DNA of 64,000 bases from Eledone cirrhosa (taxonomy: Eukaryota), in contig OZ024749.1 of NCBI GenBank assembly GCA_964016885.1, forward strand, positions 39,618,001 through 39,682,000, in the 5' to 3' direction. Each line of letters starts with the position of its first letter. Position 1 is the stretch's first letter. This document shows, piece after piece, positions 13,560 to 29,361 of the stretch. The notes beneath the pieces were generated by a model. It was given only the letters and a program-made list of their open reading frames with translations. It was not told the DNA's origin and searched no databases. The position numbers and the translations under genes were made by a program.

Positions 13560-14220
13560 CACCATCACCATCACCATCACCATCACCATCATCACCACCA
13601 CCACCATCAACATCATCATCATAATCACCACCATCAACATCATCATCACCATCACCATTGTTATCTCCATCATCATCACAATCACCATCACCATTGTTAT
13701 CTCCATCACCATCATCATCACAATCACCATCACCATTGTTATCTCCATCACCATCACCATCACCATCACCATCACCATTGTTATCTCCATCACCATCATC
13801 ATCATCACCATCACCATCACCATTGTTATCTCCATCACCATCACCATCACCATCACAATCACCATTGTTATCTCCATCACAATCACAATCACAATCACCA
13901 TTATCCTTGCCATTACAATAACAATCACCATCATCATCATCACAATCACCATCACCATTGTTATCTCCATCACCATCACCATCTCCACCACCATCACAAT
14001 CACCATTGTTATCTCCATCACCATCACCATCACCATCACCATTGTTATCTCCATCACCATCATCATCACCATCACCATCACCATTGTTATCTCCATCACC
14101 ATCACAATCACAATCACAATCACCATTATCCTTGCCATTACAATAACAATCACCATCACCATCATCATCACCATCACAATTATCATCAGCATCAGCCTCA
14201 CCATCATCAGCATCAGCATC
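13560..14220. repeat. CAT/CAC mosaic with recurring 'ccattgttatctccatca'
   Basis: Read directly. Confidence 0.95.
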
Positions 14221-14367
14221 CCAACCACTATCACTGCCCCTCCCCATGATTGTTTATCATTGTCTAATGAGACAATAACAAGTTCCGTGTGATTACTTAA
14301 GTAAACCTTCTAAGTGTAACAGGTGACATCTCCTTATGTCCACTTGTTGATCACTGAAGGAAACATG

Positions 14368-14369
<2 letters not shown>

Positions 14370-14403
<34 letters not shown>

Positions 14404-15470
14404 TCACACACACACCTTCACACACAGGCACACACACACCTTCACACATCTCCACACAGGCACACACACCTTCACACACCTCTACACCTCCCCACACACA
14501 CACACCTTCACACACCTCCACACAGGCACACACACCTTCATACACACACCTTCACACACACTGACCCACACAGGCACACATACACCTCCACACAGACACA
14601 CACACTGACCCCCACACCTCCACACAGACAGACACACTTTCACACACACTGATCCCCCACACCTCCACACAGACAGACACACTTTCACACACACTGACCC
14701 CCACACCTCCACACAGACACACACACTTTCACACACACTGACCCCCCACACCTCCACACAGACAGACACACACACAGACCCCCACACCTCCACACAGACA
14801 CACACACTTTCACACAGACACTGACCCCCACACCTCCACACAGACACACACACTTTCACACACACTGACCCATACACGTCCACACAGACACACACACTGA
14901 CCCCCACACCTCCACACAGACATACACACTGACCCCCACACCTCCACACAGACACACACACACTGACCCCACACCTCCACACAGACACACACACTTTCAC
15001 ACACACTGACCCCCACACCTCCACACAGACACACACACTGACCCCCACACCTCCACACTTTCACACACACTGACCCACACACTTCCACAGACATACACAC
15101 TGACCCCCACACCTCCACACAGACACACACACTGACCCCCACACCTCCACACAGACACACACACTGACCCCCACACCTCCACACAGACACACACACTTTC
15201 ACACACACTGACCCCCACACCTCCACACAGACACACACACTGACCCCCACACCTCCACACAGACACACACACTTTCACACACACTGACCCCCACACCTCC
15301 ACACAGACACACACACTTTCACACACACTGACCCCCACACCTCCACACAGACACACACACTTTCACACACACTGACCCCCACACCTCCACACAGACACAC
15401 ACACTTTCACACACACTGACCCCCACACCTCCACACAGACACACACACACTACCCCCCCCCCCCCACACA
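14370..15470. repeat. CA-rich minisatellite with ~30-44-bp units
   Basis: Recurring ctgacccccacacctccacacagacacacacactttcacacaca. Confidence 0.95.
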
Positions 15471-16313
15471 CCACTCACCAACTCACCTAGATACTAACTC
15501 ATTGAGCCACACATTCATTGATCCATACACCCACACACTCACACTCATCCTCATACCCACACCTCTACACTCAACCACACACTCACACTCATCTACACAA
15601 GAGAAGAAGAAAAAGAGGAAGAAAAAGAAGAAGAAGAAGAAGAAGAAGAAGAAGAAGGGGACTGGGGTGGGGGTGGATGAGGGGGATAGGGAGGGGAGGA
15701 TGATGATGATGATGATCATCATCATCATCATTATCATCATGAGGTGGAGGAGGAGGAGAAGGAGAAGAAGAAGAAGAAGAAGAAGAAGAAGAAGAAGAAG
15801 AAGAAGAAGAAGAAGAAGAAGAAGAAGAAGAAGAAGAAGAAGAAACAACGAAATAAATAAAGAAATAGAGAAATAAAAAAATAAAGAAATAAAGAAATAA
15901 AGAAAGAAATAAAGAAATAAATAAAGAAAGAAAGAAGGAAAGATGAGAGTATAGTGTGTGGAGGAAAGTAATAAAAAAAGAAGTATGGTTTGTAGATATT
16001 ATTGATTAAACTGGAATCCTGGAAAAGGTCAGTGAAATGACTCATGTAAGTAAAAAAGATGCCATTAACTCACAAACTACATCTAAACATTTACACTGCC
16101 TAGGCCAATGTTTATTAAACTGGTCCAGATATATATGGTAGTTTAGTGGTTAGAGTGTTGGGTTAGCAGTATGTTGGTGGTTACACTGCCTAGGCCAATG
16201 TTTATTAAACTGGTCCACACATATGGTAGTTTATAACTGTTTTTAACCTTCATTTTCCACTTCATGTTTTATTTTTATACCTTTTTCTGTCGCTTTGGTT
16301 TTCTGATATTCCG

Positions 16314-16354
<41 letters not shown>

Positions 16355-16355
<1 letters not shown>

Positions 16356-17501
16356 TAGCAGCTGAGCCCGGTTGCACGCGGGGCCACTTTTTATTAAGTT
16401 AGTAATTTGAAAAATATTATTGAAAGTTAATTATAAAGAAGCAGTTTCAGGAAAAAAAATAGAAATATGCACTTGGGTGTACAATGAGAAGTGGAGCAAC
16501 GTGAAAAGCGTTGTTTATTAACAGCGAAATAGAAATGTCGATGATATGCAAGTTTGAAAATGCAGATTATGAAGGTTTGTATGATAGTTTACACTTTGAT
16601 TGCCCTGGTCAGCAAGAGGGGCCTCTATATATTAGACGTTTATTAGAAGAGGGGGAAATAACTAACCCCAGTATTAGAACAGGGGGTTCGCAATGTAAGG
16701 GTTTTATTTTTTTTGTTAGAAAACAGTGACCTTTTTCGATTTGGCATTTCGTAAAATTCTACTTATAAAAGTATTTAAATTTAATATAGAGCAACTGTAA
16801 TTGAAAAATGAAAAATGAAATGTACTGTAGAAGGCAACAGTTTATTAACAGCAAAATAACGTTGCCTTTGATATGTTATTTTAAATAAGACAATGAATAT
16901 TAAAAAAAAAACTGAATTAATTAACTCGGCAACCAAAGGATGCATGTATTCTTTAAATTTTTCATTTGACTTTGAAAAATACTACTTACTGTTAGTGGTG
17001 GTTAACATGTATTAGAATTAAAATAAAAACACGCGTCCCTTCTTCGCAATTTAAGGGTTTTATTTCTTTTGATGGAAAACAGTGACCGTTTTCGGTTTGG
17101 CATTTCGTAAAATGGTACTACAGAATCGATTTCATAAAACGGTACTGTATGTTAACAGCGAAAGAACGTTGTGTTTGATATGTTATGAAAAAATTGATGA
17201 GTTTAAAAATTTGTATGAAATTGTAAATAAGACAATGAATATTGAAAGTGACTACGGAAAGTAACTCATCCAAGTATTAGAACAGGAGGAAATAACTCAC
17301 CGAACGCGATAGTAAATAGACCGTTTGGGGGCCCTAGGGACCACATTTTTCAAGTTAGAGATTTGAAACCTCATCTATTTGCTTCTTTGGCACTTTTTAC
17401 ATAGGTGTGTAAATTTTCATGTCCATCTGACCACGTCTACTACCATTTAACCGCGCACAACTGAATTTCAACCACCACCCATTTCACAAATATATATTAG
17501 A
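16355..17501 (-). mobile_element. Non-autonomous Helitron
   Basis: Minus strand starts TC (17501) and ends CTAG (16355), preceded by the GC-rich hairpin gccccgcgtgcaaccgggc; inserted between A and T in (TA)n without a TSD; internal direct repeats. Confidence 0.75.
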
Positions 17502-18054
17502 TATATATAATAATAATAAATGTGAAGGCTAAAATCCGAAGAGGGCTCGATATATATAAATATATATAAATATATATAAAACTATAGAGCAAATATTTAT
17601 TAAAATAACATCCCATAAAAGAAGATCCTGTTAAGGGTGAAAGCAGCAATTCTTATTTTAATAAATATATATATATATAATAATAGGGTTAAAGTATCGT
17701 AAGAGAGGATGGAGCGGAGAGATACAAAGAGGTGCGATACAGAATACTAAATATCAAAAGCCAAAGCATCGTGTGCTCGATCCTTAGGTTAACAGGGTTA
17801 AATATTAGAGAAGGTTAATATTTTGCGTAAGGTTTAAGCAGAGCTGGAATAAGCAAATGCTTATATATATATATATATATAAGCATGTACGGCAACACTC
17901 ATCTTTTTCCATTTCTCCGAGGGTTATAAACCCCACTATCAGGCTAGAAATTTCTTTAGTCTAAAATACGGTGAAAGCTTATAATTTCTAATTTCTAATT
18001 TCAAACTCGCGCACCTTTTCAAAAACATACTTACATGTTTACGCTTATAATTTG

Positions 18055-18145
<91 letters not shown>

Positions 18146-20119
18146 TTTATCTATATCTGTTTGTCTATCTATTTTCTTCAAGCAATAGTAGGCTTCATGA
18201 AACAAAATATGCTTGATAACCTTTAGTTTGTGTAGCATGTAATATAGTTTGTACAGTGTATACAATGAAATATAGAGATCTCAGTAGTTTGTACAGTGTG
18301 TGACATATATAGATCTCAATGGCAGAAGATAAGTAACCTTTAGCTTGTACAATATTTAGTGTGTAATATAGAGTTATAGGTAGCAGAAGATATGGATTTA
18401 ACTGGAAAGATTCAAGTATATTCTGTGAGTTAGATGTTTGTAGAAAGTTAGCAACTAGTTTAGTGTCTCTACTAAATTAAATATTTCTGAAAAGCTGAAA
18501 ATATGTAGAGTTTAAATGTTTTTCAATCTTTTGTTACAATATTTCTAATGAAATACACTGCATTTCATTTAATTAAAGGAAGAATTTGGTGGCATTTATT
18601 AAAACTACTAATTATTTCATTATTAAGATAGTATGAGTTCAAATATTACTGAAGTCAACTTTGCTTTTCATCCTTTTCAGGTCAATAAAATAAGTATCAG
18701 TTGAGTACTAGGGTCAATATAATCGACTTTTCTTTCCCCAAATTGCTGGCCTTGAGCCAAAGTTAGAAAGAATTATAAAGATAGTAACTTAACAATCTGT
18801 TCTTATATAAAATTGTTGGAATATTTTAATTTAAATATAAGTCATTGAAAATGGGTGGTTTTGTTTCATAGAATCAGAGTTGGTTTTGGTTAGTTTATTA
18901 TCAAAAAGACGAGATGGGTAGGCTAATATAATAGTCTTTTTTATTCTGTTTTAAACACTACAAAACACACAATGAGCATTTTAAGGCCTCTTTCTCTGCT
19001 AAAATGGGGGTTAGGTTTGCAGGCCCCACAAGTTTTATACTCAGAATGGGTTCCTTTTCAAAGCTTTGTTTTACTGATACATGCCATTTTTGGTGCCAAC
19101 CCTTTTAGCCCCCTCATAATTACATGCAGGGATATTGGGTACTTATTCGTGAACTAGTACACTACTGAAATACATTGAGTTAGTGTGGAAAATGGACATA
19201 AAAACAATGAAGATGAATGATGATGATGTAATGTCTGTAATTTCTGTTTGCCTATGTTGTTGCTGTTGTTATTATGGCTCACACCTGAACAGGCTTAGCT
19301 GGCCTCCTACAAAGCTAGATCTCATAGGAGGGTTCTTGAATCTTTTAATGATAGGTGTGTGAGAACAGGGCTTGTCTATACTATATAGAATCCAAGAATT
19401 CTGAACAAATGAACATGCCCCACAGAGAGGTGAGCAATGTTTCTAAGTTTTACATTATATCTCTTTTAAAACCACACATATTTTTATATTGGCAGAGTTT
19501 TTTGATCCCCAGACAAATGCCTGGTAGTATTTGTTCTGGATCTTTACTTCCTCAGTTCAAATCCTGCTGAGGTAATCTTTTCCTTTCATCCTTTCGAGGT
19601 CATCTTTGTTTTTCATCTTTCAGGAATTGATAAAATAAAGTACCTAGGAATTGCCGGCCTTGTGCCAACATTAGAAACCATATTGAAAGGGAGGAAAAGC
19701 ATCAAATTCTCTGTGGCATTTTGGTGGTGAGACATGGAACCAAAAAGGTTAAGAACTGCTAATGTAATTAGTAATATCCATCAATGAATGATTAGCTATA
19801 TTGGTCTCAGGAGAGAGAGGAATGACAGTTATGGAATGGCTAATGCTCTTTAGCAACAACATTAGCTGTCTGTGTTAAATGGGATGCTTAATGGTTAGAA
19901 ACAAATAAAGAAACTGAGTTGAAGATTCAGCTCACCAGGATATCACTTATATTATGATGGTATTTACAACATCATGTATCTTTTTAATGAAACAAGCCAA
20001 ATTTTATAATATTTTGTTAAATATGAGCTACCTTTGTTTAACCATTTTAATAGCAAACTGCCTGAAACCATCCATGATTCTAAGATATAGAGCTGTTTAT
20101 TTTAAAGTGTCTATATCCA

Positions 20120-20480
20120 TGTGAAGGCACATGGATTAGTGGTTAGAGCATTGGGCTTGCAATCATGAGGTTGTGAGTTTGATTCGAAATGGGTAATGCA
20201 TTGTGTCTTTTAGCAAAACACAGTGCATTATAAATTCACCATTGTTCCAGTTCACTCAACTGTAGAAATGAGTTGTGACATCACAAGTGTGAAGCTGTAT
20301 TGGACATTGCCTTTCCCTTGGACAACATCGGTTGCATGGAGAGGGGAGAAAGGTATGCATAGGTGACTGCTGGTCTTCCACAAACAACCTTGCCCAGACT
20401 TGTGCTTCAGAGAGAAACTTTCTAGGTGTAAATCTCATCGTCATTCATAACCAAAGAGGGTCTTTACCCTTTTTACCCTT
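20120..20480 (+). mobile_element. SINE with B-type tRNA head and a different 3' body
   Basis: Head 'ggcacatggattagtggttagagcattgggcttgcaatcatgaggttgtgagttt'; tail (ttaccct)n. Confidence 0.7.
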
Positions 20481-21360
20481 TATATCTATCTAAACACTTT
20501 TCATCATAATTTTATTTAAGAACCTTTGTTATGTTATGTTCCAAAGAACAACTTAATAATGAGAAATTTTGTTATATTACTAAATATCTCCAAATTCTTC
20601 ATTATTTTCAAAATTATTTGAAAATCATAGACAAAGTCTTTCATTATAAATATGGTAACAAAAAGGTTCATTTTGCAAACCAAATTATATAATATTTGGT
20701 GTAAAATGTTAGCTCTCATACATAATGCAGTGAGCTAAATTATATATTTGGTTAAATGTGAAAAACCAGCATATACTGTATCAACTGGACCTATCAAATC
20801 TCATTTCAAAATATATGGTACATAGTAAATGTTGTATGTAAAATGGAGGTGTGACTTATCTACTGGATCTACAAAATCTCAATTCAAAATATACGGTACA
20901 GTGTAAATGTTGTATGTATATACATACATACAACATGTATGTATGTATATACATACATACAACATTTACAATGTACCATATATTTTGAATTGGAGTATAA
21001 ATGTAATTTATACTCAAATATTCATGTATTCATGGATGTTAAAGTATGCTGCAGTAGACATAGACCAAGAAAAACCTGAGCAGAAGGGGTGAGAATAGCT
21101 CTTGGAACATTGAGATGGTGAAGGAACGCAAAGAGTAAAAGGAAGCTATGCTAATATACATACACACACACACACAGTCACAGACACACAGACACACACA
21201 TATATATAAAACATCCTATAAGAATATGGTGAAGTGTTGTGGTTAGAGTACAGGACTTGTGACCACAAACGTTGTGTAACATATTGTATCTTGGAGCAAC
21301 ACACTTCATTTCGCTTTGCTCTGATTCATACAGCTGAAAATTAGTACCACTACCACTACC

Positions 21361-21392
<32 letters not shown>

Positions 21393-21397
21393 CATTT

Positions 21398-21797
21398 CAA
21401 CCAACTGAAGAGACAACAATATCAGGGTATTTGTCTTGTAATGAAATGACATCCCAACCAACTGAAGAGACAACAATATCTGGGTATTTGTCTTGTAATG
21501 AAATGACATCCCAACCAACTGAAGAGACAACAATATCTGGGTATTTGTCTTGTAATGAAATGACATCCCAACCAACTGAAGAGACAACAATATCTGGGTA
21601 TTTGTCTTGTAATGAAATGACATCCCAACCAACTGAAGAGACAACAATATCTGGGTATTTGTCTTGTAATGAAATGACATCCCAACCAACTGAAGAGACA
21701 ACAATATCTGGGTATTTGTCTTGTAATGAAATGACATCCCAACCAACTGAAGAGACAACAATATCTGGGTATTTGTCTTGTAATGAAATGACATCCC
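21398..21797. repeat. 57-bp tandem repeat, 7 near-identical copies
   Basis: Unit caaccaactgaagagacaacaatatctgggtatttgtcttgtaatgaaatgacatcc; no spacers. Confidence 0.95.
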
Positions 21798-22099
21798 ACC
21801 CAGCAGGGAATCTTGTACTCTGGGCTTTGTCTAACTTCGAAAGGATGAAAATCAAAGTTGGGAGCCGGAGGGCATTGAACTTAGAGTGGAAAGTTCCAGA
21901 ATGAATACCACAAAACATTCTCTCTGATGTTCTGATGACTATGCCAATTTGTTGCCTACACAAAGAAAAATATGAGGTTTATATGTGTGTGTATAAGAAA
22001 GCATGAGGTATATATGTGTGTATATAAGAAACTATGACGTGTGTGTGTGTTTTTCAGCTATTCACACAGTTTTGGATTAAATCCAGTATTATAAGGTGT

Positions 22100-23135
<1,036 letters not shown>

Positions 23136-23435
23136 AGAAATCACAATCTGGAATCTTTTACTACATTTGAAAATGTGTTGAAAATCAATTTTACAATTTC
23201 CTGTGCATGGTTACTCTTAAAGCTCACCAGGAGTTTCTCTTTTATTCTCACATTTTTCACAATCTTTTTGGTAAAATGGAATATATAAAAAAAAAAAAAA
23301 TAATGATAATAATAATAGTAATAATAATAATGATAATAATAATGATGATGAAGAGATTTAGTATAAAAATTAAAGACCTAGTTGCCATGTGAAAAATCTA
23401 TGCAATAGCAGGGTTAATAAAGAAATTTTAGGTAG

Positions 23436-23534
<99 letters not shown>

Positions 23535-23677
23535 ATAAAGATTTCTTTCTTTTTGGCTTTAAAAAAGATATTAAAATCTATTTTCCACTCCATTTCTATG
23601 AAATACATACAGGGTAAATTATGAAATCATCATCATCATCATCATCATCATTACCACCACCACCATCATCATCACTA

Positions 23678-24585
23678 ATCTTGACACTATACATGCTTAT
23701 ATAAGTAAGAGGTTCAAGCCACTACATCTTGATACTATATATGATTATATAAGTAAGAGGTTCAAGCCACTACATCTTGATACTATATATGCTTATATAA
23801 GTAAGAGGTTCAAGCTACTACATCTTGATACTATATATGATTATATAAGTAAGAGGTTCAAGCCACTACATCTTGATACTATACATGCTTATATAAGTAA
23901 GAGGTTCAAGCCACTACATCTTGATACTATATATGATTATATAAGTAAAAGGTTCAAGCTACTACATCTTGATACTATACATGCTTATATAAGTAAGAGG
24001 TTCAAGCCACTACATCTTGATACTATACATGCTTATATAAGTAAGAGGTTCAAGCCACTACATCTTGATACTATACATGCTTATATAAGTAAGAGGTTCA
24101 AGCCACTACATCTTGATACTATACATGCTTATATAAGTAAGAGGTTCAAGCCACTACATCTTGATACTATATATGATTATATAAGTAAGAGGTTCAAGCT
24201 ACTACATCTTGATACTATATATGATTATATAAGTAAGAGGTTCAAGCCACTACATCTTGATACTATATATGATTATATAAGTAAGAGGTTCAAGCTACTA
24301 CATCTTGATACTATACATGCTTATATAAGTAAGAGGTTCAAGCCACTACATCTTGATACTATACATGCTTATATAAGTAAGAGGTTCAAGCCACTACATC
24401 TTGATACTATATATGATTATATAAGTAAGAGGTTCAAGCCACTACATCTTGATACTATACATGCTTATATAAGTAAGAGGTTCAAGCCACTACATCTTGA
24501 TACTATACATGCTTATATAAGTAAGAGGTTCAAGCCACTACATCTTGATACTATATATGATTATATAAGTAAGAGGTTCAAGCCA
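23678..24585. repeat. 48-bp minisatellite, ~19 copies
   Basis: Unit ttgatactatayatgmttatataagtaagaggttcaagcyactacatc. Confidence 0.97.
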
Positions 24586-25008
24586 GATGTAAAACATAAT
24601 CCACATTTCAAAGTGATCATTAAGTATTTAGTAATCTGTTTTAAATACATATGATTTATGCTTGCTGGGAAAATGGACATTGAATGATGATCGTGATGGT
24701 CATGATGATGATGATGATGAAGAAGAAAAAGAAGTAGACACTGATCATGATGATGATGATGAAGAATACATACACACACACACTCCTTCACCACACAGAT
24801 ACACATACACATACAAACACACACAAATGCACACATATACTTCTTTAGCACACAGATACGCACGCAGACACACACAGATACACATGCCTTCACCATATAG
24901 ATACACTCCTACACACACACACACACCTTCACCACACAGATACACACAAACATACACTCGATACACACGCCTTCACACACACACACCTTCACACACACAC
25001 ACACACAT

Positions 25009-25041
<33 letters not shown>

Positions 25042-25668
25042 TTCATCACACAGATACACATACAAACACACACACATTTAGCACACAGATACACACACAA
25101 ACACACATGCTTTCACCGTACAGATACACACACTTTCACCACAGATACACACACAAAGATATTTTTAAGCACACAGGCATATATACAAATACACACAGAT
25201 ACACACACACTTTTACCACACAGATACACACGCTTTCACCACAGATTCACACATACACAAAGATATTTTTAAGCACGCATGCATACATACAAATACACAC
25301 AGATACACACACACCTTTACCACACAAACAAGTAGATGCTCAATATAAGGTCTTACATATTACCAGCACCCATTGTATAACATAGATTCAGTAGTTAACT
25401 CATCCCCTCTGCTTTATAGATGGATTATTCAGATGAACATATCTAGTTTCCAGCTAATCATGAAAGACAACATTTACACACACCACTATATAAACACAAA
25501 TAGATACACACACACACACACACACAAATATATATATATATAAAAATGTATATATATATGTATATAATAAAACTATGTGTATTTAATAAAACTATATGTT
25601 AATAATAAAACTTGCTCTGGAACCCTGACTCCAGCCTGACTAGAAGTAGGAAGCTGTCATTCCCTGAC

Positions 25669-25853
25669 GGTGGATTGGCAGTATCGGTAGAGGGTCGGAC
25701 GCCATGCTTTAATGCATAGAGTTACGGCCCTTGCTATTCTGAGTTCAAATCGCGCCGAGGTTAACTTTGCCTTTCATCCTTACGGGGTCGATAAAATAAA
25801 GTACCAGTAATGTACTGGGTAATTGCTGGCCTTGTGCCAATAGTAGAAACAGT
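25669..25853 (+). mobile_element. tRNA-derived SINE, family A (full length)
   Basis: A-box tggcagtatcgg, B-box gagttcaaatc, body 'gcctttcatccttacggggtcgataaaataaagtaccag'. Confidence 0.88.
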
Positions 25854-26224
25854 TATCTCTAGGGATACGGGAATCAGTAGACGGGACCTGGGGGCAGCGA
25901 TGGGGGACAGGGAATTCTGGAGCATGAGAGTGAGATCCATCATCTTGACAGTCGTCGACGAATGATGATGATGATGACATGTAAATAATACACATAATAT
26001 ACATATAATCCCTTGATTATATATCTATATATGTATGAATGAAGATTCATATAGATTATATTTTTGTTTTTAAAATCCACTGTCAATAAATACACCAGGA
26101 TTTTTTCATTCTGATGACTGAAAGCAAATTTTGTTTGCTTTCAAGAAACCACTGGTAAATGAAATAATTATCTTATGTTGTTTATTACATAACTATATAT
26201 ATATATAAATGTATATATATGTAA

Positions 26225-26364
<140 letters not shown>

Positions 26365-26518
26365 TCTTCATGACCACTGATTCATTTTATCTGGCCTTTA
26401 TAATGCATGTTAGTTGCTCTGGTTTCTTCTTAGTCCATTGAGCGCTTGCAGGCATATCTCGAGGATATTGTGTTTCGTTTTGTTTTGGCCACCGCCGAAA
26501 TACAATCTCGCTGAAATT

Positions 26519-26903
26519 ACATGGCTTAGTGGTTAGAGCAGTGGGCTTGCAATCGAAAGGTTGTGGGTTCAATTCTCGGACCGGGTGATGTGTTGTTTCC
26601 TTGAGCAAGACATTTCATATTGCTCCAGTTTACTCAGCTGTAGAAATGAGATGATAGGGACTGGGGTCCCTATAATTCCACTGCAAAGTGGATGTGGAGG
26701 TGCCACGGAAAATAAAGCACTCAGTACTCACTGTAAATGAGGTTGGTGTTAGGAAGGACATCCAGCTGTAGAAATCAAGCCGGAATCAGTTCTCGTAAGA
26801 GCAAGACAAGGTCAGCCGACCGGACACCTCCCGCAACAGGACAACCCGTCTAACCCATGCTAGCGTGGAAGAACGGATGTAAACCGGTGATGATGATGAT
26901 GAT
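26519..26903 (+). mobile_element. SINE family B
   Basis: Homologous to 11773-12166. Confidence 0.85.
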
Positions 26904-27104
26904 ATATATATATAAATAAGAGAAACGGTTTTATTTGTACATCTTCATTTTATTATCTAGTTACATTATACGTATAACCAACTTTCATCAACTGAATATA
27001 AATATATATATATATATATAGGTCAGGAATTAGCTGTCAAAAAGTACACACACATATATATATATATATACATATATATATGTGTGTATCATTTCATTTC
27101 ATTC

Positions 27105-27795
27105 ATTTCATTTTATATCCACTTTTCCCTGCAAGGTTGGGACGGGAACTGATTCTGGCTTTATTTCTACAGCTGGATGCCCTTCCTAACACCAACCTCA
27201 TTTACAGTGAGTGCTGGGTGCTTTTTTTCCGGGGCGCCTACACGTCCACTTTACAGTGTGAGCTGGGTGCTTTTTTGCCGTGGCACCTCCGCAACCACCT
27301 TGCAGTGGAATGATAGAAACCCCAGTCCTATCATCTCATTTCTACAGCTGAGTAAACTGGAGCAATGTGAAATAAAGTGTCTTGCTCAAGGAAACAACAC
27401 ATCACCCGGTCTGAGAATTGAACTCACAACCTTTCGATTGCAAGGCCAATGCTCTAACCACTAAGCCATGTGTCTCCATATATATATATATAGATATATA
27501 TAGGTCAGGAATTAGCTGTCAAAAAGCACACACATATATATATATATATATATACACATATATATATATATATGTGTGTATCATTTCATTTCATTCATTT
27601 CATTTTATATCCACTTTTCCCTGCAAGGTTGGGACGGGAACTGATTCTGGCTTTATTTCTACAGCTGAGTAAACTGGAGCAATGTGAAATAAAGTGTCTT
27701 GCTCAAGGAAACAACACATCACCCGGTCTGAGAATTGAACTCACAACCTTTCGATTGCAAGGCCAATGCTCTAGCCACTAAGCCATGTGCCTTCA
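27105..27795 (-). mobile_element. Two tandem SINE-B copies, the second internally deleted
   Basis: 27105-27478 and 27598-27795 share flanks; the second lacks the segment between two 'tttctacagctg' repeats. Confidence 0.85.
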
Positions 27796-28089
27796 TATAT
27801 ATATATATATATATGATGTGATGGGCGTAGGATTGGTGTAGTGATGACGACTATGATGATGATAGTAAACTATACATACATCCACATACATGTGTAGGCA
27901 GAAGCAAATGATTCTTTCTGGAAAAGTGATTCAGTCAATTAAATGGATCTCATAATATTTTTGGTAATTATTCTTCGACTTTGGCAGCAATTAGACATCT
28001 TCGGCAAACTGCCTTAATGCTCCACTACTTACTCATTGGACTTGTAGCTGTGTAGGTATTTGCGTGTGGGTGTGTATGTGTAGGTGTGC

Positions 28090-28647
28090 ATAATATATAT
28101 ATGCATTTATATATATGCATATATGTATATATGTATATATATGTGTATATATATATGCATGTATATAAATACATATATATATATTAGGCACACCTACACA
28201 TACACACCCACATGCAAATACCTACACAGCTACAAGTCCAATATATATATATATATATACACATATATATATATTTATATACATATGTATATATATATTT
28301 TTATATATATATATATATATACACATATATATATTTATATATATACGCATATATATATTTATATATATATATATTTATATATATATACACATATATATAT
28401 ATTTATATACATATATATATATTTTTATATATATATATATACACATATATATATTTATATATATACGCATATATATATTTATATATATATATTTATATAT
28501 ATATATATTTATATACATATATATATATTTTTATATATATATATATACACATATATATATTTATATATATACACATATATATATTTATATATATATATTT
28601 ATATATATATACACATATATATATATTTATATACATATATATATATT

Positions 28648-28678
<31 letters not shown>

Positions 28679-28752
28679 CTATATATCTATATATATATCT
28701 ATACACATATATATATACTGTATATATATATATATATATATATATGTTTATA

Positions 28753-28797
<45 letters not shown>
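28090..28797. repeat. (TA)n-rich compound microsatellite
   Basis: Read directly. Confidence 0.95.
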
Positions 28798-28798
<1 letters not shown>

Positions 28799-29290
28799 AT
28801 CTAAATGCTGGAGGATTATGGATTTCTATACAATTGTGTTACATAGAAAAAATTATAAAGATTTGAAAAAAAAATCACCCGATGTGTTTTTATTTATTAT
28901 ATATATATGTTTTGTACACAACAAAAAAAAATTATTTTCACAACAAAAAGAATAGGTTTTATACTTTTGTATTTGACCAGTTTTGCTTGAAACAGTTTTT
29001 CAAATGTTTTTTCATGTCTAATTTACTAAGTTTCCATTTGTAATGTTATTATCGCTTACTATCTGCTTAACACACATATATATATATATAAAATATAAAC
29101 ACAGTTAGGTGCTTTTTATTATTGTTTTTATTATTTTTCGTATATATATATGTATATACATAATGTAGGAGGTGAGTTTTATTGTAGTACAATAAAGCAA
29201 TGCAGATATCGGATAAGAAGCACTCTACAGTTTGTAGGACTGGAGTATACATAATATATAAGAACAAAAGATGGTTAAAGGAGTTCCATG

Positions 29291-29361
29291 TATTTTATTA
29301 TGCGCATTTCAAAAACAAACATCATCATGCAATAATATTTGTGTTTTCATCAGATAAAACA
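29291..29361 (-). ncRNA. Type-I hammerhead ribozyme (PLE terminal, related to family 1)
   Basis: Minus strand: tgttttat CTGATGA aaacacaaatatta...tgatgatgtttgttttt GAAA tgcgca TA ataaaata; palindromic loop 3. Confidence 0.85.

Noticed and set aside
17610-17662. Hammerhead-like 'gaaga tcctgttaagggt gaaa gcagc'
   Set aside because: CUGA core absent and stems I and III unconvincing
25853-25975. GC-rich minus-strand segment as the next exon of the host gene
   Set aside because: No clear acceptor or donor, runs directly into a SINE, and the peptide is not recognisable
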